Of a DNA stretch of 64,000 nt, positions 27,316 to 38,979 are shown one piece after another (positions within the stretch are counted from its first letter, which is position 1; the number at the start of each line of letters is the position of its first letter). The notes beneath the pieces are model-generated. The model was not told where the DNA came from, searched no databases, and saw only the letters and a list, made by a program, of their open reading frames with translations. The stretch lies in the IMG/VR virus record IMGVR_UViG_3300024270_000002; one strand, given 5' to 3'. Position numbers and translations under genes: made by a program. The DNA comes from a virus. Lineage: Duplodnaviria; Caudoviricetes.

Positions 27316-27876
27316 TTGAATACTACTATTACAGAAATCAAAGCAGCCTATGAGCATACTAAGGCAGGAATGTTTTTATTCAATATGTGTGCCGCTTGGA
27401 CAATGTTTCTCGTGAAACATCGTAAGCTGTATTATATACTTGCCTGTACTTGGGGTATTATTATGACAGTTGCAGGGGTACTCGTATCAGGTTTACTTCA
27501 AGCAGTAAAGTTATTTGCAAAGGATAAGATTAAAATTACTTTTAAACCTTATCATTGGATCTATAGTATATCTGTTGGTCCTGATTATTGGGGAGGTTTT
27601 GAATGTGGGCTTTGCTTTCTTCGTGATCAGAAGTCTACTGGCTCTCTTAATGCTCATGAATTTGGACACACTTTCCAGAATTGCTTATTCGGTCCGCTAT
27701 TTTTGTTTATTGTTGCCATTCCGTCGGCGACTTGGTATTGGTCTAGAGAGCTTTCAGAAGCTAATACTAAAAAGCCGTATGATTCTATGTGGTTTGAGGA
27801 CGCTGCAACACAGTGCGGCTTGTACGTAATTAGAACTTTAAATGCTAAAGAGCTTGCTAAGATAGCGGAGGCTTAA
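27316..27876 (+). CDS. Membrane protein with HExxH zincin-like motif
   Basis: AHEFGH...WFE; hydrophobic segments. Confidence 0.65.
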   Translation: MNTTITEIKAAYEHTKAGMFLFNMCAAWTMFLVKHRKLYYILACTWGIIMTVAGVLVSGLLQAVKLFAKDKIKITFKPYHWIYSISVGPDYWGGFECGLCFLRDQKSTGSLNAHEFGHTFQNCLFGPLFLFIVAIPSATWYWSRELSEANTKKPYDSMWFEDAATQCGLYVIRTLNAKELAKIAEA

Positions 27877-27877
27877 A

Positions 27878-29869
27878 ATGAAAAATTGGAATGCGTGTAT
27901 TATAGCTTCAATAATTTGCAGACTTATCGGTCTTGTTGCTGTTCTTGCTTTTGTATGTTTTATGGTAGTATTTACAGGTAGTTTACATTGTTTATGGTTG
28001 TTGTTTTTACTTTTAGCTGTAGATCTTGTGCCTACTTATGAATTTAAAAGAGAATTTCCAATAAATAAGGAGAATAAAAATGATTAAAATTACTAAACCT
28101 GGCCAGAAAGAATTTCATGGTTTTTGTAAATGGTGCGGCTGTGAGTTTACTTATGAGATTTCTGACCTAAAGTTATCCGCGACTTCTGATAAGGTAAGTT
28201 GCCCTACTTGTGGTAAGGATTATCATCATCCATCTATGGTACAAGATCCTACTATTCCTGGCGGTATTGGTTATGGAAGGTTGCAGGATATTACTTGGCC
28301 GCCTGATCCTATTCCTTGCACGCCGGACATGACTAAAACAGACCCTTGTGCAGGCTGTGCGTGGAGAGAAAACTTACTTAGAGACGGTCTTTATGTTGGT
28401 GATACTCCCTGTACTTGGTGCTACAAGAATAAGTTTAATAGTATTACTTGTACTACGCCGCCTCTTACTGGAACCGTTCAAGGCGTAAGTAAACTTGAGA
28501 CTTACTTGACACCTTGTGCTGAACATCTTGATGATACAAAGTGCACCAGTTCTGCACATGTAGCTGGCTCCACTTACACTATCCATAGTGAATATAATAA
28601 GCCTGAAGTAGATAAAAAGCTTCAGGAAGTTTATGACGCCGCAGGCGTAAAAGCTGAAGATATTGCACAAGGAACCGTTATGAGTACCCTTTTAAGTGCT
28701 TGCCATAATTGTACGAGCAACCTAAATAAGTGTGGCGACACAGAAGGCTATAATTCTTGCTCTGGTGAGCATAATTGTGGTGGTAAGAAAAACTGCAAGG
28801 GCAAACATTAAAACACGATACAGACGAAATATGAGCCAATTAGAAGGCAATTAAGGAGATTTATTATGAAGCCATGTCCTTTCTGCGGAAGTTCTGATAT
28901 TAGGTATTCAATAAAAACAGGAACTTCAAATTTTAAACGTATTTATCATGCTAGCTGGTATTGCTGGGATTGTAATACTTATGGTCCTAGAGTGCTTTAT
29001 AAGCCGGCCGAAGGTGTTCATCGTAGTACTGTAGAGAAAGATGAAACTTTGAAAGTGGCAGCACTGAAACTTTGGGAAAATCGTAAATAATTTTTCAAAA
29101 ATATATAAAAATATTCCTTTTGAAGTTGTATAATATTAATGTAATTACATAACTTCAGGAGGAATTTTATTATGTATGATTCTATGGTTCGTGATGTGCT
29201 TAAGGAGTGGAAAGATGATGCTAAGGTAACACATCTTATGCTTTATAAGCTGAGAGATGGAGTACTTACTGTCTATACTGATCGTCCTGGCCCGCTTATT
29301 GGCTTTCATGGTGAAAGAGTAGATAGATTTAAGCAGAAGCTTCTTGCGCTTCCTATTTATCATATCAAGGACGTTCGTCTTGAAGAAACTCACGGTATTT
29401 TTTGATGATTAATTATGGAATGTAAAATTGGAGATATGGTTGAAGCTTATAATGGTAACATCATCGGTTGGATTACCTACATTAATCATCAGAAAGAAGA
29501 AGCTGATGTTGAGTGGGATGAAGGCAACTTTGATTATAACTGTGCTGTTGTTCCTTTTAAATATTTAAAGAAAGTGGAGAATTGACTATGAAAAAGCTTT
29601 TAGTTACAGTTTTATTTACTATTTTGCTATTTAGCTTGGTTTCTTGTAGTAAGCCACAGATGAGCGGTAATATTGCCGATTGTGCCGAAGCAGTAGATTC
29701 TAGCTATATAAATTTCGAGGTGATAGACTTTAGCTACAGGGATGGCTGGACTATTTTGTATGATAAAAATACAAAAGTTATGTACATTATTCTTGACGGC
29801 TATCAGTCTACCGGTATGACGCCTATTTTAAATGCTGATGGCACACCTAAACTTTATGAAGGAGATTAA
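27878..29869 (+). other. Small hypothetical genes (27878 membrane; 28080 Cys-rich; 28866 Lar-like zinc finger; 29172 KH/S3-like fragment; 29415; ~29588 lipoprotein)
   Basis: KPCPFCG (Lar-like); TDRPGPLIG (KH-like); lipobox LVSC. Confidence 0.6.
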
Positions 29870-29871
29870 TT

Positions 29872-30186
29872 ATGAAATCAACTGGAATTGTAAGAAGAAT
29901 TGATGATCTTGGAAGAGTGGTTATCCCTAAGGAAGTAAGACGTACTATGCACATCAAGGAAGGTGATCCTCTGGAACTTTTTATGGACGGGGAATATGTA
30001 TGCTTTAAGCGTTATGATAGTTGCCATCCTATTAGACAGTGCCTTGAAACCTTGCAGGAGTGCATTGCTGATGATGCCCTACTTAATGTAGATCAGGCTG
30101 AGGCGGCAGCTATTAAATCGCTTGTTATGCTGCTTAATAAGAATAAGAAGGCATTTGAACTTCAGCCTATTGAGGAGACTACGTAA
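29872..30186 (+). CDS. AbrB/SpoVT-family transcription regulator
   Basis: MKSTGIVRRIDDLGRVVIPKEVRR. Confidence 0.92.
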   Translation: MKSTGIVRRIDDLGRVVIPKEVRRTMHIKEGDPLELFMDGEYVCFKRYDSCHPIRQCLETLQECIADDALLNVDQAEAAAIKSLVMLLNKNKKAFELQPIEETT

Positions 30187-30455
30187 TGATGTTAGAACAA
30201 ATGGAAACTGCACTTGAACACGCTAAGAATGAGCTCAGCTATGCAACTCATCTTGAAGAGTGCGGCGCCAATACTGGTATTAGAAAGATAAATGCTAACA
30301 AAGCTGCTTGGCTTAAGTTGGTAGTTTATCTTGCGGAGCGTGGCCTTGAATACGAGAAATACTTAAATGAGCCTACTATAGCTGCCGTAGAAGAAGCACC
30401 TAAGACTGACTTTGAAAAAGTTATAGAATTTTTTCGAATGATTAATAGCAACTAA
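30186..30455 (+). CDS. Hypothetical protein
   Basis: ORF track. Confidence 0.65.
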   Translation: MMLEQMETALEHAKNELSYATHLEECGANTGIRKINANKAAWLKLVVYLAERGLEYEKYLNEPTIAAVEEAPKTDFEKVIEFFRMINSN

Positions 30456-30466
30456 GTAGTTAAGGA

Positions 30467-31330
30467 GTGGTTAAAATGCATGAGCTTTTACATGCTATAG
30501 TACATTCAGTTATTATATTACCTTTTTTATATATTGCTTATCTTCTTATGGAGTTACTGGAGCATAAAGCTGGAGATAAATTTAAGGCTAATCTCGCTGC
30601 AGACCGTAGAACAGGCCCTGTCTTGGGTGCTTTCTTTGGGATAATTCCACTCTGCGGCTTCTCAGACCTTGGCGCAAGCCTTTATGCAGGCAGAGTGATT
30701 TCTTTAGGTACACTTATAGCATTATTTATATCTACTTCTGGTGAAGCTGTTTTTATTGCAGCAGCACATCCTGAAAAATTACTTTCACTTTTCTTTATAT
30801 TTTTACTTAAGTTTGCATTTGCCTGTATTTGTGGATTTATAATAGATTTCTACATGAGAGGTAAGCAACCAGATATTCACATTCATGACCTTTGTGAAGC
30901 AGAAAAATGTCATTGTGAGCACTCAAATGTATTTGTCTCTGCTTTGAGACACGCTGTACCTATGTTTGGTGTTGTGCTTTTTGTGAATTGTCTAGTTGCT
31001 TTACTTGAAGCTTTAGGTATTATGGAGACTATGAGTATTGCGGTTCAGAATTTTCCAGCTATCGGAGTAATTTTCTCAGCAGTGATTGGGTTTATTCCTG
31101 GCTGTGCGCCTTTAGTTCTTCTTATCAGTTTGTGGTATGAAGGAATGTTATCAGCAGCAGCTCTACTTACTGGTTTGATTACTTCTGCAGGCACCGGCTA
31201 TTTGGTGCTGTTTAGTACAAACAAAAACGTAAAGCATAGTATTTTTATTACAATGTTTATTCTTTCTTTAGCAATTGTTGTAGGCGGTTTTTTTGAACTT
31301 ACTGGTCTACTTACTAAATTAGGTGTTTGA
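30467..31330 (+). CDS. Putative metal (Mn/As) transporter, multi-pass membrane protein
   Basis: PFLY..YLLME.LEH, G.IP.CGFS, LY....I.LGTLIA..ISTS.EA, His/Cys-rich loop. Confidence 0.75.
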   Translation: MVKMHELLHAIVHSVIILPFLYIAYLLMELLEHKAGDKFKANLAADRRTGPVLGAFFGIIPLCGFSDLGASLYAGRVISLGTLIALFISTSGEAVFIAAAHPEKLLSLFFIFLLKFAFACICGFIIDFYMRGKQPDIHIHDLCEAEKCHCEHSNVFVSALRHAVPMFGVVLFVNCLVALLEALGIMETMSIAVQNFPAIGVIFSAVIGFIPGCAPLVLLISLWYEGMLSAAALLTGLITSAGTGYLVLFSTNKNVKHSIFITMFILSLAIVVGGFFELTGLLTKLGV

Positions 31331-31416
31331 TAATAAAAATTTATAAAAATATTAAAAAATAAGACTTCCTGTATTGTATATTAATATAGGAAGTTTTTAC
31401 TATTTGTGGAGGATTT

Positions 31417-31986
31417 ATGGCAACTATTTATCATTACTTTGAAAAGGATACCTTTGAGCCAGAAAAGAACTATTTTTCTACTGAAAAGGTAAAGTGTGAG
31501 CGTCAGGAAACTGATGTCGAAAAGCAGCTTTCGGACCTGTCTTATAAGTGGTCAGCTATTGGCTTTCATTGCATTGGCTGGGGCTGTTTAGTTGGTTTAA
31601 TTTTGATGCTTACTTTTGGCACTCTTGGAAGTCTTTTTAGTTCTTGGTTTTATATCGGAGCTGCAATCGGCGGGATTCTTTTTGTAGGTGGTATTATCTT
31701 CGCAAACGCAGTCTGCTGGCCTACAGAGCAGAAGTATGCGGAAGAGCTTCGAAAGTATAGAATAGACTACGAAAATGTACTGTGGGCGGTAGCAACTACT
31801 GATATTAGAATTTATAATGACGAACAGAAGAAAATTGCAGAAGCTTGGAGAGCAGAGCATCCTCTTGAGGAAAAGATCAGAGCTTGCCTTAAGGACCCCA
31901 TGTCAAGTGTAGATATTGCTAATCTTGCTAGGTACTATGCAGAAGAATACGTAAAGGAAGGTGTTTCACGTGAAACTGTGGATTGA
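31417..31986 (+). CDS. Two-TM membrane protein
   Basis: Hydrophobic segments. Confidence 0.65.
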   Translation: MATIYHYFEKDTFEPEKNYFSTEKVKCERQETDVEKQLSDLSYKWSAIGFHCIGWGCLVGLILMLTFGTLGSLFSSWFYIGAAIGGILFVGGIIFANAVCWPTEQKYAEELRKYRIDYENVLWAVATTDIRIYNDEQKKIAEAWRAEHPLEEKIRACLKDPMSSVDIANLARYYAEEYVKEGVSRETVD

Positions 31987-32281
31987 TGATGTGCGCCCGG
32001 CACCTGATGGCTATTTGCCTTTTAGAACAGTTAATGACGCATTGCGTTATATTAGACTGAATAGTGATTTTATTGAGCTTATTGATCTCGATCATGATGC
32101 TGGTGATTGTGCAAAAGAGGGTGGCGATTATATTAATGTCTTGCGAGAAATGAATCGGTTAGCTAGAGTGCATAAAATGGACTTTAGTCACATCAGATTT
32201 AAACTTCATTCTGCAAATCCGGTTGGAGTTCAGAATATGCGGTATATTCTTCAGGATAATGGTTGGAAGGAGATTCGCTGA
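31970..32281 (+). CDS. Cyclic-phosphate-processing receiver (cREC) domain protein
   Basis: LWIDDVRP...LDHDAG...HSANPVG. Confidence 0.8.
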   Translation: MKLWIDDVRPAPDGYLPFRTVNDALRYIRLNSDFIELIDLDHDAGDCAKEGGDYINVLREMNRLARVHKMDFSHIRFKLHSANPVGVQNMRYILQDNGWKEIR

Positions 32282-33272
32282 TGTTTAAAATTATGGATTC
32301 AGAAAAGCTTTTTATTCCTGTAAAGTCCGGTTTTTCTACAGCAGCTAAGGCCCTTGATTGGGCAAAAAAGAATTTGCCTAAAGATAGCTGCAGACCATGG
32401 AGGCTATGGACTCCTGCAGATAGATATAAAAAATATTTTATTCAGAAGTATTAAGGAGATTTATTAATGAAGCTTAGCAAGATGACTTGGTTTAATACTA
32501 TTACAGCGGCATTTTGTCTATTTTGTGGCATTTATTGCATTTGTCACGGTAATATATTATTTGGTATCTTAGATATAGTCCTCACAGCAGCAAATCTTTA
32601 CTGTGTCTTTAACTATATTGCAGAGTGGTGGGAAACGTCAAAAAAGATTCAAAAGAAATTTGTATTTACTTGTAAAAAGTGTGATCATAAATTTGTTCCT
32701 AGTTTTTGGCGCTGGACTCTTGTTCCGCATATTTTTAGTAATAGATTCTTTAAGTGTGATAGATGTAAGTATTATAGCTGGATGAGGAGAAAGTAATGAA
32801 AGTTGTTAGACCGCCTTTTACTTGGAGTACTCTTATACACGATTTTAATACAAAAACAGTAAAACCATATGACGTTTTGGCTTATAGAGAAGATCGTATA
32901 AAGAAACTAAAAAAGCAGCACTCAACAAAAGAAGAATTTGCAGATGCTTTGAAGTTAGATTTTCAATGGCAATATTGGTCGCGCTCTGAATATGAAATGA
33001 TTCTTTATATTGAAAACGACCGAGTTTATCTTGAGCCTTGGTGTGGTGATTTTAAAGACGGTAGAATTGATATTACTGACGGAGATACTCTTAATTGGCC
33101 GGTCTTTGCTAGGGAGATGCTTGAGCAGGCTTGGACGGATAAAGAGACTGGTTGTAAGTATGTAAAATTTGATGTATATGATCAACTTAAGTTTAGATTT
33201 GATGAGCTAATAGATTTTGTTTGGAATTATAGACATAAATATCAGAGAATAAAGAAGGAGGAATTAAAATGA
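32281..33272 (+). other. Three small hypothetical genes
   Basis: ORF track 32263, 32467, 32796. Confidence 0.65.
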
Positions 33273-33490
33273 AAGCAAAGATTAGACTTGATACAATGAA
33301 AGATATTAATCAGTTTGTTGCTGTTTGCGCTAGGATATCCACACCTGTTCATATCACTGACGGCGCTGGCCTTAGGGTGTCTGCTAAATCTGTTTTGGGT
33401 GTAATGTACTCAATGGAATTTGCTGATATTTGGTGTGAATGTGATGAGGATATTTATCACTTGATTGAGCGCTTCACTATTATTGATTAA
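33269..33490 (+). CDS. HPr-like protein
   Basis: FV.......V.I.......VSAKSVLGVM. Confidence 0.75.
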   Translation: MKAKIRLDTMKDINQFVAVCARISTPVHITDGAGLRVSAKSVLGVMYSMEFADIWCECDEDIYHLIERFTIID

Positions 33491-33504
33491 TTAGGGGTTG
33501 CAAT

Positions 33505-35781
33505 ATGAGAGAAGAGATGATTGTAAAATATATCGCAGACGACGGCGCTACTTTTAAAGATAAATTGGACTGTCTAAATTATGAAAAGCTTTGTGAAAAG
33601 TATAAGAAGTGGTTGGCAGACGGTAAAGTGATGTTTTGGGATCACGATGAAAATTACATAAATTTCGACCTCGGCGGCTGTCATGAAGGTGTTAATTATC
33701 TTGACTGGCTTAAGAAGCGCCTGTCCACAGGAATCGGCTATATCATGATTAATGAGCATCCTTGTAGTAGCAGTTGGATTTCCATTTGGGAATTTGTAGT
33801 AAAGTTTTGCAACTTTGACACAGACGAAATCAAGAAGCTTGAGCCAACGTATCGTGAGGGCGATTTGTTAAACTATGATCCGCATGATTGTAGCTTTCAT
33901 AATATCGATTTAGTTATTAGAAATGCTACAGCAGCTAAAGACCGCTTGGTAAAAGACTTAGCACATAAGGCGTTTAATGCCGGTAAGGAGGAAGAAAATG
34001 AAGGAACTTGTTAACCTTGTTGCAGAGAATCCCGACCTGCCTATTATTGCCTTGGTACATGGAGAGGTCTGTGGAGATGACTGCGGCTACTGGCTTGGTT
34101 GCTGCGGTTCGGCTTCTGTAGAGCTTGTAGGCTGTATTGGTGAGCGATATTATACTGATTTCGAAGAGTTTATGGAAGTATACTATGATAGACACGATGA
34201 GGAGCTCTGTGAGAAATTTAATTATAATCCACGTTGTTGTGCGGTTGCTGTAGAGCGTGGCGAATACACTCAGGAGCAGTTTGCAGCTAATTGTCTCGCA
34301 GAAGAGCAGCTTGATAATTATCTTAAGGAAGTAGCTAATAAATATATGATAAAAGCTATTGTTATGTACGTAGATCTTCCCAAAGATAGTGTTATAATGG
34401 AGGTAGACTAATGATAGAGCTTACTTATGGTGAACTTAAACAGGGGCTTCTTTGCTGTACAGTTTATAGAGACTGTAAGGGGTGTCCTTTATTTGATGAA
34501 GATAAAATGCAGACGGCTACGGCTGGTGATGTGTCTTGTACTGGGCAGCTGTTAAGTGCCGCAATGAACTGTATTAATGTGATGGAAAAAGATCTTGATG
34601 CTGCTACTAAACGCGCAGACGAGTGGGAAGCCACTGCAACAGCGCATGAGAAAGCTTTAATTGATCTTCATGATAGTTTAGATATAAAAGATATTAAAGC
34701 ATTGGCTGCTAAAGAATTTGCTGGCTTTGTGCAGGAGTGGATGACTTATACTTTTCCATGTGCGGAAGACTGTGACCATAAGGTTCAGCAGGTACTTGAT
34801 ATTTATCTTAACTATTTAAAACAACCTAAGCAGTCAACTGAGGGGAAATTCTAATGGCTGACTTAAGAGGAGCTTTACTTGCTGCAGCTGAAGAAGCTGA
34901 TAAAATGCAGGACCAGATTGATGCCAATGAAGTAGACCTTCGTAATACTCAGGCTGAGTTAGAGAATACTAGGCAGTTACTACTGGACACTCGTTGTATA
35001 GTAGAAGAGCTTTATAACAAGAATGAAACACTTAAGAGGCAGCTTAAGAATACCGGAGAATTGATGCATAATATGGCAGAAATTTTGATTTCAGCGGCAG
35101 ATTTATGAGTAAAAGTATTGTATAATATAATAGACTTCGGGCTGCTTCGCTTTGAGGCAGCCTTATTATTTTTGGAGGAAATTAAGATGCTACAGCGAAT
35201 TGATATTAAATTAGCAGAGTACTGGTTTGGCTATAATGAGTACTATGTTTATTATGACGACGAATACATGACACAGGAGCAAGCAGAGAAAGCCCTTGAG
35301 TTTATCGACTGGGGCGGGTGGGAGCCTGAACTTACGCCTTATTATCTTATCGTGCCGGCAGTAAAGAAACCACTTTTAAACAGTATTAAAGAATATTTTG
35401 TAAGTGGACGTCACCAGGAGGAAAATAATGAAACTTGATTTGCACGATATTGAGAAGTGTGAAGCTTGCGGAGCAGAAAATGTAAAAGGTCTTGTTGCTT
35501 GTTCTTTATTTGGAGCATACTCTGGGGCGTGGTGTGAAAACTGCCTTAGAGAAGGTAGAGATAGCTACAACTTGATGGTAGACTATATTGCTGATGCGGG
35601 GCAGTGGCCTGAGGATATAAATGAGACTTATCAAGAAGAAGTTAGACGTCAGCTTAAATTGCATAATAAAACAGAAGAAGACTTTAAGAAAGACGTAGAT
35701 AAGATTATTGAGTTTTTACGCTCAGATATGCCTACTACTTATATAGTTTTAGATACTATTGGTACAGAGGGGGATTTTTAA
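33505..35781 (+). other. Six small hypothetical genes
   Basis: Packed + ORFs 33505, ~33998, 34411, 34854, ~35187, ~35428. Confidence 0.65.
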
Positions 35782-35782
35782 C

Positions 35783-36301
35783 ATGAGATCAAGAATTTGT
35801 TTCCTTGATTATGACGGGGTCGTTAACACACCAATGTGGAATGAAGAAGGCACTCATTGCTCGTACAACCACAATGGTCATGGTAAAGTAAATAATTTTC
35901 AGGCAGTTCAGTGGCTTTCTGAGGCGTGCCAGAAGTTTGGCTATGATATTGTAGTCACTTCCACTTGGCGCATCTGGGACAATTATAAGGAATGTCTTAC
36001 CCACGGTGGTCTTAGAGATGGTATTGAAATTCTTGGTAAAACTGATCGTCTTAGAGGCGTTTGTAGAGGTGCTGAGATTAAGAAGTACATCGATGAGCAT
36101 CCCGAAATCCAGTATTATGTTATTGTAGATGATGAAGCGGATATGCTACCCGAACAAATGGGTCATTTTATTATGACTAACGGAGATACAGGTTTTAATC
36201 TCAGTGAGTTTAAAAGATTTGAAGAAATTTTTAACAAAGATAATGAGCGGGGCGGGTCTTTTCCTGAAAGAAAACAGAAAGATTATAGGAGAACAGTATG
36301 A
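35783..36301 (+). CDS. HAD phosphatase, Swiss-army-knife RNA-repair type
   Basis: FLDYDGV...IVVTSTWR...RGAEI...YVIVDD. Confidence 0.85.
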   Translation: MRSRICFLDYDGVVNTPMWNEEGTHCSYNHNGHGKVNNFQAVQWLSEACQKFGYDIVVTSTWRIWDNYKECLTHGGLRDGIEILGKTDRLRGVCRGAEIKKYIDEHPEIQYYVIVDDEADMLPEQMGHFIMTNGDTGFNLSEFKRFEEIFNKDNERGGSFPERKQKDYRRTV

Positions 36302-36484
36302 TTACAAAAAAGCAAGCTATTGATATTGTAAATAAATTTGAATTTTTCCAAGGGCAGAGAGCAGGAAGAGAGCTTTGGAGCTCAAAAGAGTACTCAGTAC
36401 AGGAAGTAGATCTCGTAAGCTTTCGTCAAGATTGTTATGACTTGCTTGAATATTTAAAAAATACGGAGACTAAACAGAATGATA

Positions 36485-37030
36485 ATGTATAATACTGGAA
36501 TGATTATTGGCAGATTTCAACCGTTCCATTTAGGACATTCTATTATCCTTGACAAAGCGCTAGACCAATGCAATAAAGTAATTGTGGTAATTGGTTCTGC
36601 TCAAGAAAGTGGAACACCTTTAAACCCATTGTCTGCATCTGAAAGAGAACAAATTATTATAGATAGTTTTACGAATAGACTTGATTATGATAATCTTGAA
36701 AAAATTGAATTCCTGCATCTTAACGATAGAGAACATTGGTGCAATGATTCTTCTTTTGGAGAATATGTTATAAATGCAATCGAGCATACATACGGAGTAA
36801 CACCTAGCGTAGTATTTGAAGGAAAAGAATCTTCTCGTAATAGCTGGTTTGATACTATCGATATTGATGTAGTTCAGATATCAAGAAATAAATGTGCAGT
36901 ATCTGGTACTGAATTAAGAGAGGCTATTTATAATGGAGATAGAACTACCTGGGAAAATCAATGTGCTCCTGGAATTGAATATTGTTTTGATAGTATAAGG
37001 GAGGCGATATTAAATGCTACAAAAAACTAA
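36485..37030 (+). CDS. nadM: NMN/NaMN adenylyltransferase (NadM-like)
   Basis: IGRFQPFHLGH, IGSAQES, NPL...ER, SGTELRE. Confidence 0.85.
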   Translation: MYNTGMIIGRFQPFHLGHSIILDKALDQCNKVIVVIGSAQESGTPLNPLSASEREQIIIDSFTNRLDYDNLEKIEFLHLNDREHWCNDSSFGEYVINAIEHTYGVTPSVVFEGKESSRNSWFDTIDIDVVQISRNKCAVSGTELREAIYNGDRTTWENQCAPGIEYCFDSIREAILNATKN

Positions 37031-37766
37031 AGAGCTAATTACTTGGATTAGAGAACAGTTTAAAGATATTCCTGATGGTCATGCCATTATCGGTATTTCA
37101 GGCGGTAAGGACTCTACTATCGCTGCAGCGCTTTGTGTTGAGGCCTTGGGCGCTGATAGAGTAATCGGAGTATTAATGCCACAAGGCGTACAAAAAGATA
37201 TTAGTGATTCTTATGAAGTTGTTGCAACTCTTAAGCTTCAGTATCATGTTGTTAATATTGGAGCTGCCTGTGAAGAATTATATCGTTCTATTAGCGATGC
37301 TGTTTTTCTTTGTGGCGGTAAAAATGCAATAGAATCTAATTCTATGATTACGACAAATGCTCCGGCAAGAATGCGTATGACTGCTTTGTACGCTATTGCA
37401 GCACTTTATACTAATTCCCGTGTGGTAAATACCTGCAACGCATCCGAAGATTATGTTGGTTATTCCACTAAGTATGGCGATGCAGCTGGGGACTTTTCGC
37501 CTCTCGGTAATCTTACTGTGAGAGAGGTGCTTAAAATTGGGGATGATTTAGGCCTTCCTAAGCATTTAGTGCATAAGCCGCCTTCTGACGGTATGTGCGG
37601 TAAAACAGACGAAGATAATCTTGGATTTACTTATGAACAGCTTGATGACTATCTTTTGGGAACAGGCGATGTTCCGCTGGATGTAGTTGAAAAAATTAAA
37701 AAACTGCATAAAGCTACTCGACACAAATATGTACTTATGCCAATGTTTAATAATTTTAAAAAGTGA
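37014..37766 (+). CDS. nadE: NH3-dependent NAD+ synthetase
   Basis: GISGGKDS, N..ARMRM, GYSTKYGD, KPPSDG...TDE. Confidence 0.95.
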   Translation: MLQKTKELITWIREQFKDIPDGHAIIGISGGKDSTIAAALCVEALGADRVIGVLMPQGVQKDISDSYEVVATLKLQYHVVNIGAACEELYRSISDAVFLCGGKNAIESNSMITTNAPARMRMTALYAIAALYTNSRVVNTCNASEDYVGYSTKYGDAAGDFSPLGNLTVREVLKIGDDLGLPKHLVHKPPSDGMCGKTDEDNLGFTYEQLDDYLLGTGDVPLDVVEKIKKLHKATRHKYVLMPMFNNFKK

Positions 37767-37777
37767 GGAAAATAACT

Positions 37778-38977
37778 ATGATGAAGCTTAGTCCTATTAT
37801 TGTATCTTTGTTGGATACCGACCTTTATAAATGGAATATGTGTCAGGTATTCTTTCATAAGCATACCAATATGAATGGTAAGTATATTTTTAAATGTAGA
37901 AACGAAGGAGTAGAGTTTACTTCTGAGATGGTTGAAGAAATCAATGCTCAGATCGACCACCTCTGTACTCTTACGCTGACTGATGAAGAACTTGACTATC
38001 TCGCTTCTTTGAGATTTATTAAGAAGGACTATGTTGAGTTCCTTCGTATTTGGAGACCACTTCGCAGATATGTAAATTGTTTTTATGATGATAGTAGCCC
38101 CTGCAAGATGAGAATTGAAATCGAAGGGCCACTTTTCTCAGTAATGCAGTTTGAAATTTATCTTCTTGAAATTGTTAATGAGACGTATTTCAGAATGAAG
38201 TATGATTATATGCAGCTTGTAGAGTCAGCTAAAGACAGACTTTATTATAAGACTAATTCTTTTAGGCTGGAAGAATACGATTTTAAATTTGCTGAATTTG
38301 GTTGTCGAAGAAGACTTTCCAGAGAATGGCAGGATTATGTAGTTAGCGAGCTTCTAAAGACCGGCAAGTGCGTAGGCACTTCTAATACGTATCTTGCGAT
38401 GAAGTATGGTTGTAAACCCATTGGAACTTACGCTCATGAGTACGTTCAGATGTTCCAGGGAGTTCCTGGTATTCAGCTTGCGTACACAAATAAGGTTGCA
38501 ATGGAAGAGTGGTTTGATGAGTATCAGGGAGATAATGGAACTGCACTTACTGATACTCTCGGAACAGACCTTTTCCTTAGAGACTTTAACAAGCTTCAGG
38601 CAATGTGCTATACTGGAGTAAGACATGATAGCGGAGATCCTTATGAGTGGGGAGAAAAAATTATCGCTCATTATGAGAAGCTTGGAATTGACCCCAAAAC
38701 AAAGACTCTTCTTTTTAGTGATAGCCTTGATTTTGTAAGGGCTCAGGCCATCTATGATTATTTCAACAAAAGAATTAATGTAAGCTTTGGTATTGGAACT
38801 TATCTTTCAAATGACACTAATGTAAATCCTCTTAATATTGTTATTAAGCTTCAATATGTAAATGGTCACCCCGTCGCAAAGATTTCTGATAATCCCGGAA
38901 AGGCTATGTGCCAAGATGACTCCTATCTCGCATATTTGAAAAACGCAGTTGATTATAGATTAAAGGAAGGTATTTAA
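37778..38977 (+). CDS. pncB: Nicotinate phosphoribosyltransferase
   Basis: SLLDTDLYK, EFGCRRR, GTSN, GTYAHE, GVRHDSGDP, FSDSL, FGIGT, KISD.PGK. Confidence 0.95.
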   Translation: MMKLSPIIVSLLDTDLYKWNMCQVFFHKHTNMNGKYIFKCRNEGVEFTSEMVEEINAQIDHLCTLTLTDEELDYLASLRFIKKDYVEFLRIWRPLRRYVNCFYDDSSPCKMRIEIEGPLFSVMQFEIYLLEIVNETYFRMKYDYMQLVESAKDRLYYKTNSFRLEEYDFKFAEFGCRRRLSREWQDYVVSELLKTGKCVGTSNTYLAMKYGCKPIGTYAHEYVQMFQGVPGIQLAYTNKVAMEEWFDEYQGDNGTALTDTLGTDLFLRDFNKLQAMCYTGVRHDSGDPYEWGEKIIAHYEKLGIDPKTKTLLFSDSLDFVRAQAIYDYFNKRINVSFGIGTYLSNDTNVNPLNIVIKLQYVNGHPVAKISDNPGKAMCQDDSYLAYLKNAVDYRLKEGI

Positions 38978-38979
38978 AT

